Assembly (NCBI GenBank): GCA_020348345.1
Contig: CP070748.1
Location: forward strand, 875,196 to 939,195
Direction: 5' to 3'
DNA: 64,000 nucleotides
From: Methanobacteriota archaeon
GTDB lineage: Archaea > Thermoplasmatota > Thermoplasmata > UBA10834
Shown here one piece after another: positions 17,964 to 26,348 of the stretch (its first letter is position 1; each line of letters begins with the position of its first letter). Both the position numbers and the translations under genes were made by a program. Under the pieces are notes generated by a model that had not been told where the DNA came from, made no database searches, and was given only the letters and a program-made list of their open reading frames with translations.

Positions 17964-19217
17964 ATGAAGGTCCTCGTGATTGGAGGAGGTCCAGCGGGCC
18001 TAACCGCAGCCGGGACCCTTGCGAGCAACGGTCTGGAAGTAGCATTGGTGGAGAGAGACTACACCCTCGGAGGCATGGCCAAAGAGCTCACATGCAAGGG
18101 CATCACAGAATGCAGGGATTGCGGCGTCTGTTTCGCCATTGACCGCGCCGCAGAGGCAGTCAGGACGCCTGGAATCGAGGTTTTCTTGAGTTCAGAGATT
18201 ACATCCTTGGAAAAGACCAACGAGGGGTTCAAGGCGAAGATCCGCTCTTCAGCGCGGTTCGTCACACACAACTGCATTGGTTGCAACAACTGCGTCGAAG
18301 TCTGCCCTGTTGAAGGCAAGGCGATCTTTGCACCTTCTGGCAGTGGCCAGCCTCGAACATATTGGATTGATCGCAAGCGATGTTTGCACTTCAAGAAGAG
18401 CAAGTGCGAGGAATGCGCGAAGGCCTGTCCGACGAAGGCTATCGATTTCTCTGACAGAGCGAAGAACGTGACGAGAACAGTCTCCAAGGTTGTGCTGGCG
18501 ACTGGCATTGAGCCTTTCGACGCCCAGGAGCTTCCGAGACTGGCCTGCGGAACAACCTCCGATGTTATCTCCAGCGTTGATGCGGAAAGGATAATCAACG
18601 AAGAGGGGCGATTGAAGAGGCCATCAGATGGAGTCGTACCGAAGACGGTAGCGATGATTCAGTGCGTGGGTTCCCGTAACGAAAAGACTGGCATCGGATA
18701 CTGCTCGAAGTTCTGCTGCAAGTACGGAACGAAGATCGCACAGCTGATAATGGAAGGCTCTCCGGAAATGGACCTCGATTTCTACTTCATGGACCTGAGG
18801 ACACTGTATGAACCTCAGGAAGATTTCAAGAAATGGGCAGTGGCGATGAAGAGGAAGGTAGAGAAGAAGAAGGTGCCGCGTGTGAGGCTGATAAGATGCA
18901 TGCCTTCCTTAGCATATCCTGGAGAAGATGGGAAGATATGGCTGCGATCATCGGGAGAGACAGACGCTGAAGTGATGGAAACTCCCTACGACATGGTGAT
19001 ACTCTCTGTGGGAATGCGGCCGCGTGGCGTGCCTGAGGACATCGCTTCTCGACTAGGCCTGGCTTTTGATGATAACGGCTTCGCACGATGCCAGGATGAA
19101 GAAGGCGACCCAGTCGTGATCGTTCTGGGAGCGATGAGTGAACCCATGGATATCGAGGAGACCGTCACCAGGGCGATGGCAGCGGCTGCTACCCCGAGAA
19201 AGGAGGCGGGCGAATGA
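17964..19217 (+). CDS. hdrA: HdrA-like flavoprotein, FAD core plus inserted ferredoxin (paralogue of 5168-6472)
   Basis: VLVIGGGPAGLTAAGTLA, CIGCNNCVEVCP, CEECAKACP, IQCVGSR and YCSKFCC. Same architecture and length class as the first cassette. ATGA overlap with the next gene. Confidence 0.8.
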   Translation: MKVLVIGGGPAGLTAAGTLASNGLEVALVERDYTLGGMAKELTCKGITECRDCGVCFAIDRAAEAVRTPGIEVFLSSEITSLEKTNEGFKAKIRSSARFVTHNCIGCNNCVEVCPVEGKAIFAPSGSGQPRTYWIDRKRCLHFKKSKCEECAKACPTKAIDFSDRAKNVTRTVSKVVLATGIEPFDAQELPRLACGTTSDVISSVDAERIINEEGRLKRPSDGVVPKTVAMIQCVGSRNEKTGIGYCSKFCCKYGTKIAQLIMEGSPEMDLDFYFMDLRTLYEPQEDFKKWAVAMKRKVEKKKVPRVRLIRCMPSLAYPGEDGKIWLRSSGETDAEVMETPYDMVILSVGMRPRGVPEDIASRLGLAFDDNGFARCQDEEGDPVVIVLGAMSEPMDIEETVTRAMAAAATPRKEAGE

Positions 19218-20794
19218 ATCGTGGGACTCAAGTTGTGATATGCCGAGTCTGCTCGGAAGGTGCGGGTCTGCTGGATGTCGACAAGCTCGCTCGAGTGGCC
19301 TCCGATGCACCGGGAGTCTGTTCGACAGTTGTTGTCGAACGCGCGTGTAACAAGAAGACCGTGTTGGAGATAGTCGACGACGCGATGGCAAAGGAAGCCG
19401 ACCGCCTGTTGGTTGCCCCGTGTTCAAAGAAGGAAATCTCGCCTGCCCTGTTCCAAACATATGCGAAGAAGGCCAAGATGAACGAATTCCTGATGGAGGC
19501 AGTGGACATAATCGGAGAGGTCACGCTTCCGCACAGAGATGATCCGACACGCGTTCAACCCAAGGCCGAGGCAAAGCTTCGGTCTGCAATCGTCCGAATC
19601 AACATGCTCGAGCCGTTGCAGAGAACCGAGGAGCGCATGAGGACTTCGAACGTCGTGGTGATTGGAGCAGGCGCCGCCGGAATCGAAGCCGCATCTGTCG
19701 CTTCCGCCTTTGGGCTTCATACAGTCATCATTGAGAAGTCCGAGAAGAAGATTGACGCGCCTGGAGTAGTAATGCCCAAGTCAAGACTCATCTCGGCGAA
19801 AGGTCACGCTGGTAACTACATTCTGACAATAGAAGTAGGAGAGAAGAGAGAGACACTTGAGTGCGCAGCGATTGTCGTAGCATCTGGTGGCGATTGGCGC
19901 GAAGCGAAGGGACCGATTGTGGACGAATTGCAAGTTGCGAAGCCCTTACATCACCTGGAACAAGAAATTGGCGAAGGCAGGCTGCCGGGCGGCGCGATCA
20001 TCATATTGGACACGCCTGACCCAAAAGGTATCAGAACCCCGGCTCAGGATTTCATGTGGGAAGAAGCTCTCCATTGCGCAACGCATATACGCAGGAAATC
20101 CCCCACCACTGAGGTCTATCTGGTCTTCCAAGAGATGCGGGCGATGGGACTCGCCGAATTCGACTACAAGGAGGCATCTGAGCTAGGAGTGAAGTTCATT
20201 CGCTACGATTCCAAGAAGCCTCCGAAGGTCGATACTAAGAACGGAACGCGCCTGATTGTGACAGACATGGCACAGGAAGAGACCCTCTCACTCGCGTTCG
20301 ATACTCTGTATTATGCTTCAGTCGCTCCGAATCCAGACAACGCAGCGATTGCGGTTGCGCTTCGTATTCCGATCTCATCCAGTGGTGGGATAAGAAGAGG
20401 GAGCATCCAGAGAGGACCTGTTGCCACGCCACGTCCAGGCATATTCGTTTGCGGGACAGCAAAGTTTCCAAAGAGCAGAGAAGTCGCGAGACTCGAAGGC
20501 AAGGCTGCGGGACTTATGGCGGCCCAATTTGCGGCGGCTGGCAAGTGGGAGTTTGGAGGCTCGGTTGCGGAGGTCACATCTGACAAGTGCTCTGCGTGTC
20601 TCACTTGCGTTCGAACCTGTCCGTATGAGGCACCCTTCATAGGCATTGCCGGAAAGGCGGAAATCGCAATCCAGATGTGCCAGGGATGTGGAATATGCGC
20701 CGGCATATGTCCCAGCAAGGCGATTGAACTGCACAACTACACTGACGACCAACTCTCGGCAGAGACAGCAGCATATCTCGGAGGTGATTTCTGA
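19214..20794 (+). CDS. hdrA: HdrA-like protein, degenerate N-domain plus Rossmann plus C-terminal ferredoxin (paralogue of 6472-8166)
   Basis: VVICRVCSEGAG...LLVAPCSKKE (Cys-poor N-domain), VVVIGAGAAGIEAAS, CSACLTCVRTCP and CQGCGICAGICP. Its stop overlaps the mvhD start (TGATG). Confidence 0.75.
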   Translation: MNRGTQVVICRVCSEGAGLLDVDKLARVASDAPGVCSTVVVERACNKKTVLEIVDDAMAKEADRLLVAPCSKKEISPALFQTYAKKAKMNEFLMEAVDIIGEVTLPHRDDPTRVQPKAEAKLRSAIVRINMLEPLQRTEERMRTSNVVVIGAGAAGIEAASVASAFGLHTVIIEKSEKKIDAPGVVMPKSRLISAKGHAGNYILTIEVGEKRETLECAAIVVASGGDWREAKGPIVDELQVAKPLHHLEQEIGEGRLPGGAIIILDTPDPKGIRTPAQDFMWEEALHCATHIRRKSPTTEVYLVFQEMRAMGLAEFDYKEASELGVKFIRYDSKKPPKVDTKNGTRLIVTDMAQEETLSLAFDTLYYASVAPNPDNAAIAVALRIPISSSGGIRRGSIQRGPVATPRPGIFVCGTAKFPKSREVARLEGKAAGLMAAQFAAAGKWEFGGSVAEVTSDKCSACLTCVRTCPYEAPFIGIAGKAEIAIQMCQGCGICAGICPSKAIELHNYTDDQLSAETAAYLGGDF

Positions 20795-21213
20795 TGGCCG
20801 ACGCAAAGCCAAAGATTGTTGGCTTCTGCTGCGAGAAACATGGCACGGAGAGCGTTGACCTCGCCATCAGAAGTGGCGAGCAGTATGATGCAAGCGTGAG
20901 GCTTGTCACTGTGCCCTGCACTGGAAGGGTAGACGGACTGCATATTCTCAAGGCGTTGGAAGACGGCGCCGATGCCGTTTTCGTCCTTGGATGCCTTGAG
21001 AAGAACTGCTACTATGACACAGGATCAATCGAGGGTCGGAAGAGGGTTGAGTACGTTAGAACCATGCTTTCAGAGGTGGGTATAGAACCTGAGCGTGTGG
21101 AGATGTTCAACGCAAGCTCCACGATGGTATGGAAGTTCCCCGAAATCGCTTCGACGATGTCACAGACTGCCAGACGTCTTGGTCCAATCGAGCCGAGAGG
21201 TGATACGAAATGA
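20794..21213 (+). CDS. mvhD: MvhD/FlpD-type electron-transfer subunit (second copy)
   Basis: KIVGFCCEKHG...LVTVPCTGRV...AVFVLGCLEKNCYY. 139 aa, the same length as the first copy. Confidence 0.85.
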   Translation: MADAKPKIVGFCCEKHGTESVDLAIRSGEQYDASVRLVTVPCTGRVDGLHILKALEDGADAVFVLGCLEKNCYYDTGSIEGRKRVEYVRTMLSEVGIEPERVEMFNASSTMVWKFPEIASTMSQTARRLGPIEPRGDTK

Positions 21214-21914
21214 TAGTTGCCGAGCGGAAACCCCTCGGTGAGATAGCCGAGATGATTGCCCCATACGAGAAGGTTTGCGTCATAGGGTGCAGGAGCTGCG
21301 TGGCGATATGTCTTGCAGGCGGTGAAAAAGAGGTCAACATGTTGGTTTCTGCAATGGGCCTTCTCAACAGGCGAACGGGACGGACACAGAACCTCGACGG
21401 GCTCGTGCTGGAGAGGCAGTGCGAGAAGGAATGGGTCAAAGAAGTCGAGGACAGGATACTCGAATCGGACGTGATTCTTTCCATGTCATGCTCTCTCGGC
21501 GCACAGACAATAGGAGATATGTATCCCGAGAAGATCGTGGTTCCTGGCCTCAATACGGCCATTTTTGGCGTCCCTGAGGAACAGGGCGTTTGGTCAGAGA
21601 AATGCCTCGGATGCGGAGATTGCATCATTCACACAACAGGGGGGATATGTCCAATCGCCAGATGTGCGAAGAGCATGCTGAACGGACCGTGCGGGGGATC
21701 ATCGGACGGTCATTGCGAGGTCAATCTCGAGCTTGACTGCGCGTGGTATGCAATTCACGAAAGGCTCAAGCTCCAGGGAAGGCTCGAGCTCATGGATATG
21801 GTTAGACCCCCCAAGGAATGGAACACGAGTCATAGCGGAGGACGCAGGGTGATCGTGAGGGAGGAAGCGAGACTGACGTCGCACCAGAAGAGGGCCACGG
21901 AGGAGTCACAATGA
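21210..21914 (+). CDS. metV: MetV, methylene-THF reductase C-terminal-domain (zinc-ribbon) subunit
   Basis: CRSCVAICLAGG, CLGCGDCI and ICPIARCAKSMLNGPCGGSSDGHCEV are typical of the MTHFR_C family. ATGA overlaps on both sides. Confidence 0.85.
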   Translation: MIVAERKPLGEIAEMIAPYEKVCVIGCRSCVAICLAGGEKEVNMLVSAMGLLNRRTGRTQNLDGLVLERQCEKEWVKEVEDRILESDVILSMSCSLGAQTIGDMYPEKIVVPGLNTAIFGVPEEQGVWSEKCLGCGDCIIHTTGGICPIARCAKSMLNGPCGGSSDGHCEVNLELDCAWYAIHERLKLQGRLELMDMVRPPKEWNTSHSGGRRVIVREEARLTSHQKRATEESQ

Positions 21915-22831
21915 AGACCGGCAGCAACTTGGAGAAGGTCTTCGAGGCCGGCAAATTCGCAGTTACGGCGGAGATAGGGCCGCCTCAGTCGGCAAACCCG
22001 GAACCTCTCATACATCACGCGAAGATGTTGAACGGGTCTGCCGACGCCTTCAACCTCACCGACAACCAGACAGCTGTCGTAAGGCTTTCCAGCATCGCCA
22101 GCGCAGCCATAATCATGAAGGAGGGAATTGAGCCCGTCATCCAGATGACATGCAGAGACAGGAACAGAATCGCCCTTCAGAGCGATCTGCTTGGCGCCTG
22201 CGCGATCGGCGTGAAGAACGTCCTTTGCCTGACGGGCGATCACCAGATTTTCGGAAACGAGAAAGCAGCAAAGAGCGTGTTCGATTTCGATTCCGTTTCG
22301 GAACTCTACACGTTCAACAAACTGAGGAATGAAGGACTGCAACCTGGAGGCAACGTCCTCGAGGAGAAGCCAGAAGTGTATCTAGGCTGTGCCGAGAACC
22401 CCTTCGCCACGCCTTACGAATTCAGAGCAACAAGATTGGCGAAGAAGGTAAACGCTGGTGCGGACTTCGTGCAGACGCAGGCAATATTCGACATGGACAT
22501 GTTTGAGCTGTGGATGGATGAGGTGAGGAGCAGAGGCCTGGACAAGAAAACTCACATACTTGCAGGCCTGATCCCCATGAAAACCGCAGGGGCCGCTAGA
22601 TACATGAAGAACAAGGTCCCGGGAATGATAGTGCCCAAGCGAATCATAGACAGGATGAAGAATGCATCAGACGCAGCAGAGGAGGGCATCAAACTGTGCG
22701 TCGAGCAGATTGATACCCTCAAGAGCATGAAGGGCGTCCATGGCGTGCATATCATGGCTGTCAAGTGGGAGGAGATCGTTCCACGCATCGCAGAGATGGC
22801 GGGACTTCTCCCCCGACCCAGCTTCGACTGA
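21911..22831 (+). CDS. metF: Methylenetetrahydrofolate reductase
   Basis: 306 aa. FAVTAEIGPP, NLTDNQTAVVRLS, QMTCRDRNR, NVLCLTGD and ADFVQTQAIFD motifs. Confidence 0.9.
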   Translation: MKTGSNLEKVFEAGKFAVTAEIGPPQSANPEPLIHHAKMLNGSADAFNLTDNQTAVVRLSSIASAAIIMKEGIEPVIQMTCRDRNRIALQSDLLGACAIGVKNVLCLTGDHQIFGNEKAAKSVFDFDSVSELYTFNKLRNEGLQPGGNVLEEKPEVYLGCAENPFATPYEFRATRLAKKVNAGADFVQTQAIFDMDMFELWMDEVRSRGLDKKTHILAGLIPMKTAGAARYMKNKVPGMIVPKRIIDRMKNASDAAEEGIKLCVEQIDTLKSMKGVHGVHIMAVKWEEIVPRIAEMAGLLPRPSFD

Positions 22832-22937
22832 TTTCTGCTCTGAGCGAGTACATAACGGCATTGACAGATGTAACGCCGCTAACACTGACTCAGCCAAAAC
22901 GGTCATATCATACAACATCACTTCACTGTTGAGACCA

Positions 22938-24605
22938 ATGGCATCACCCGAATTTGAGACGCTTAACGAGCGTATGCTCGACAGACTCCTCGAGGTCAAT
23001 CCCGACATGGCTACCCTGATGGGGAGGCATGTGCCGTATGACCACCATTTGCCACATGGTGGAGTCAAGAGGCTGGAAGACAGCCTCTCGATTCTGAGGG
23101 ATTGGATTAGCGAGGCCAATCGAATCGCAGATTGTGGAGAGTTCTCAAGAGACCAAGAGATCTCGTACGAAGTCCTTCGCATGACTCTTGATCTGCATGC
23201 TTTCGCCTTTAGCGATTACCCGATCTGGAAGATGCACCCAGATGCACTGGAGCAGCCTGGTTGGACCATATTCACCATGCTGGCCCGCGACTACGCTCCT
23301 TTTGAGGACAGGATTGCTGGGGTATCATCGCGCATAGATCAGCTACCTAGATATCTTACTCAGTTCAGAGAACGCTTCAGAAATGCCCGGGCTGTGCGCC
23401 CATGGACGGAGGCATCCCTGGAGGGATGTGAGGCATTCCCTGCCTTTCTATCATCTGTAAGACAGATCTCGATTGGAAAAGTCCCCCGAGACCTGCAGAA
23501 AGACCTCGAAGATAAATGCGATGCATGCGTCGATCATATCCAATCCCATCGCGAATGGCTCTCAGGGCTCCTCGAGGAGGCGACGAACGAGTTCGCTTTG
23601 GGAGAGGAGAAGCTGATAAAACTCCTTCAAATCAGAGGCTTCGACCTCACACCGAAGGAGATGCTCGAGATTGGAGAGCGATACCTCTCCAAGATGCGGA
23701 GTATGCGAGATATCATCGCGAGGAAGATCACCCCTGACGGTGACATCAATGTCGTCACGAAAATCATTCGTCACAATTGCGCAGACTCTTTCGAGGGAGT
23801 GCTGAATGAAACCATAGAGGAGACGAACAAGGCGCTACGCTTCATCTCAGAGCACAAGCTTGCCACTCTGGACGACCGGGCTATACTTGACATTCTTGAG
23901 ACTCCGAAATTCTTGCGACACGCGCTGCCGGTCGCAGCACTCATGGCGCCTGCGAAGTTCGAAGAGACCCAGCGAGGCGCTTTCTTGATGACTCGCCCAA
24001 AGGACCTTGAGGAGATCCCCAGTTTGTGGAACAGGGCCATGATCATCAACACGGCCGTTCACGAAGCGTATCCAGGCCATTTCCTCCAAGGTGTGATGTC
24101 TAACAGGATGCCGTGGATGCACCAGCTGCCACACATGCTTACGACTTCCGATATGTTGACCCCGCCATATGAGACAGGAGAAGGCTGGGCACACTATTGC
24201 GAAGAGATGATGTACGAAGAAGGATTCGAGGCAAACGACCAAACCGCGATCGCAATGTTGGATGCAGGGATATGGAGAGCGTGCAGGATCATTTACGACA
24301 TCAAGCTTCACACCGAAAAGGCAACGATCGAAGAGATGGCGGAGCTGCTGGCGAAGGAGTCGAATACGGTGATCTCTGCCGCGATGGACGATGTGATCGG
24401 CTTCTCCCGGACTCCTGCATACCCGCTTTCATATCTCATCGGCAAACATCTCGTGAATGAACTCAGAGATCAGCTTGCGGCAGAACTCGGGCATGCTTTT
24501 GACAAGATGAGATTCCACGACCTCCTGACAGAAAACGGAAACCTACCATTTCACATTGTTAGGCAGGTCATATGGGAAGAAATGACGAGTGAAAGAGAAG
24601 CATAG
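22938..24605 (+). CDS. DUF885 family protein
   Basis: HEAYPGHFLQ motif with the surrounding DUF885-like region. Start set at MASPEFETLNE; the track ORF start at 22740 overlaps metF and is rejected. Confidence 0.75.
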   Translation: MASPEFETLNERMLDRLLEVNPDMATLMGRHVPYDHHLPHGGVKRLEDSLSILRDWISEANRIADCGEFSRDQEISYEVLRMTLDLHAFAFSDYPIWKMHPDALEQPGWTIFTMLARDYAPFEDRIAGVSSRIDQLPRYLTQFRERFRNARAVRPWTEASLEGCEAFPAFLSSVRQISIGKVPRDLQKDLEDKCDACVDHIQSHREWLSGLLEEATNEFALGEEKLIKLLQIRGFDLTPKEMLEIGERYLSKMRSMRDIIARKITPDGDINVVTKIIRHNCADSFEGVLNETIEETNKALRFISEHKLATLDDRAILDILETPKFLRHALPVAALMAPAKFEETQRGAFLMTRPKDLEEIPSLWNRAMIINTAVHEAYPGHFLQGVMSNRMPWMHQLPHMLTTSDMLTPPYETGEGWAHYCEEMMYEEGFEANDQTAIAMLDAGIWRACRIIYDIKLHTEKATIEEMAELLAKESNTVISAAMDDVIGFSRTPAYPLSYLIGKHLVNELRDQLAAELGHAFDKMRFHDLLTENGNLPFHIVRQVIWEEMTSEREA

Positions 24606-24631
24606 CTCAAGAATGCCCAACCGCGAAAACC

Positions 24632-24639
24632 GTTATAAC
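24632..24639 (+). promoter_or_regulatory. TATA-box-like palindromic core GTTATAAC upstream of purH
   Basis: The sequence GAAAACCGTTATAACC lies about 90 nt upstream of ATG 24729 (SD-like GGAGAAGGT at 24717-24725). Confidence 0.3.
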
Positions 24640-24728
24640 CATTCAGGCTATACTCTCGTGGCATACCTTTGCCTTGCAAGGGGAGGGATGCTCTGGACGA
24701 ATGTCACTGGCATAGTGGAGAAGGTAGT

Positions 24729-26285
24729 ATGAGCAAGGTAAGAAGAGCGCTTGTGAGCGTATCGGACAAGACAGGAGTGGCAGAGTTCGCCAAAGGCCTT
24801 TCGGAACTGGGCGTTGTTATACTCTCAACTGGAGGAACCGCGACGATGCTCGAGAAGAATGGCATTCCAGTAATTGGAGTATCTGAGATCACGAAATTCC
24901 CCGAAATGTTGGACGGACGTGTCAAGACCCTCCACCCGGCAATCCATGGAGGGCTTCTAGCAGTGAGAGAGAAGGCAGACCATATGGAGGCAATTGGCAA
25001 GCATGGAATCGAGCCTATTGACATGGTCGTAGTCAACCTGTATCCATTCGAGAACACAGTCTCAAGAGAAGGAGTCGTGTTGGAGGATGCGGTTGAGAAC
25101 ATCGACATTGGCGGCCCATCAATGCTCCGATCGGCCGCGAAGAATCACGCCTCTGTTGCTGTTGTTGTGAACCCCTCCCAGTACTCCGAAGTGCTACGCG
25201 AGTTGAGGGAGAGCGACTGCAGGCTATCATTAGATACGAGGCAGAAGCTGGCTCTCGAGGCATTCAGAGTCACTGCGAGATACGATTCAGCAATTGCCCA
25301 GTTCCTTGGAGAACGGTTTTCGAAGGGAGATCTATTCCCTCAGAATCTGACGCTCTCGTTCGAGAAACTCTACGATCTCAGATATGGTGAGAACCCTCAC
25401 CAGAAGGCGGCCTTCTACAGAGACCTATTTGACCAGACGCCTCTGAGTGCAGCAACTGCGGAGAAACTGCATGGCAAGCAGATATCCTACTGCAACGTGC
25501 TCGACATAGACGCCGCGCTGGCAATCGTATCGGATTTCGAAAAACCGACCGCGGCAGTTATCAAACACACAAATCCTTCAGGCGTCGCAAGCGATGCCAC
25601 ATTGGCGAGCGCATTCAGGGTGGCATACGACGCCGATCCAGTAAGCGCATTCGGCTGTGTCGTTGGACTCAACCGTGAAGTCGATGTTGACACTGCCAAG
25701 GAGATTGCGAGTCATTTCGTCGAGGCGGTCATAGCTCCGGGCTACTCCTCAGATGCTGAGAAGCTCCTCGAGGAGAAGAAGAACATCAGACTGCTCAGCA
25801 CGAAATCCCCAATCAAGCGTGAGAATGGCAGACTTATGATGGCGAAGGTCAAGGGCGGATTGCTGGTTCAGACTGGCCCGTATGCGGAGTTGGATAGGAA
25901 GGAGCTCAAGATTGTGACGAAACGCACCCCAACCGAAGAGGAAATCGACGCAATGATATTCGGGATCAAAGTATGCCGGCACATCAAATCCAATACGATC
26001 CTGCTCGTGAAGGGCGAGAGAACTGTGGGAGTCGGAGCGGGCCAGATGAGCAGAGTGGACTCCGCAAAGATAGCCGGCATGAAAGCTGGCGACGAGGCAA
26101 AGGGAAGCGTCCTCATATCGGATGCGTTCTTCCCATTCAGAGACGGCATCGACGCTGCCGCGAAGGTTGGCGTTGCTGCGATAATTCAACCGGGAGGCTC
26201 CATGAGAGACGAGGAAGCCATAGCTGCTGCGGACGAACACGGGATAGCCATGGTGTTCAGCGGCCTTCGGTTGTTCAGACACTGA
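24729..26285 (+). CDS. purH: Bifunctional AICAR formyltransferase / IMP cyclohydrolase (bacterial-type PurH)
   Basis: ALVSVSDKTG, STGGTA, GRVKTLHP, VVVNLYPF, IDIGGPSMLRSAAKN, KHTNPSG and GAGQMSRVDS motifs. Confidence 0.95.
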   Translation: MSKVRRALVSVSDKTGVAEFAKGLSELGVVILSTGGTATMLEKNGIPVIGVSEITKFPEMLDGRVKTLHPAIHGGLLAVREKADHMEAIGKHGIEPIDMVVVNLYPFENTVSREGVVLEDAVENIDIGGPSMLRSAAKNHASVAVVVNPSQYSEVLRELRESDCRLSLDTRQKLALEAFRVTARYDSAIAQFLGERFSKGDLFPQNLTLSFEKLYDLRYGENPHQKAAFYRDLFDQTPLSAATAEKLHGKQISYCNVLDIDAALAIVSDFEKPTAAVIKHTNPSGVASDATLASAFRVAYDADPVSAFGCVVGLNREVDVDTAKEIASHFVEAVIAPGYSSDAEKLLEEKKNIRLLSTKSPIKRENGRLMMAKVKGGLLVQTGPYAELDRKELKIVTKRTPTEEEIDAMIFGIKVCRHIKSNTILLVKGERTVGVGAGQMSRVDSAKIAGMKAGDEAKGSVLISDAFFPFRDGIDAAAKVGVAAIIQPGGSMRDEEAIAAADEHGIAMVFSGLRLFRH

Positions 26286-26348
26286 GAGAGCTTGAGCCGC
26301 GGCTGAGTGATGTGGTGACGGAGCGGCAGCTCGGTGTGGGAGCAGCGC

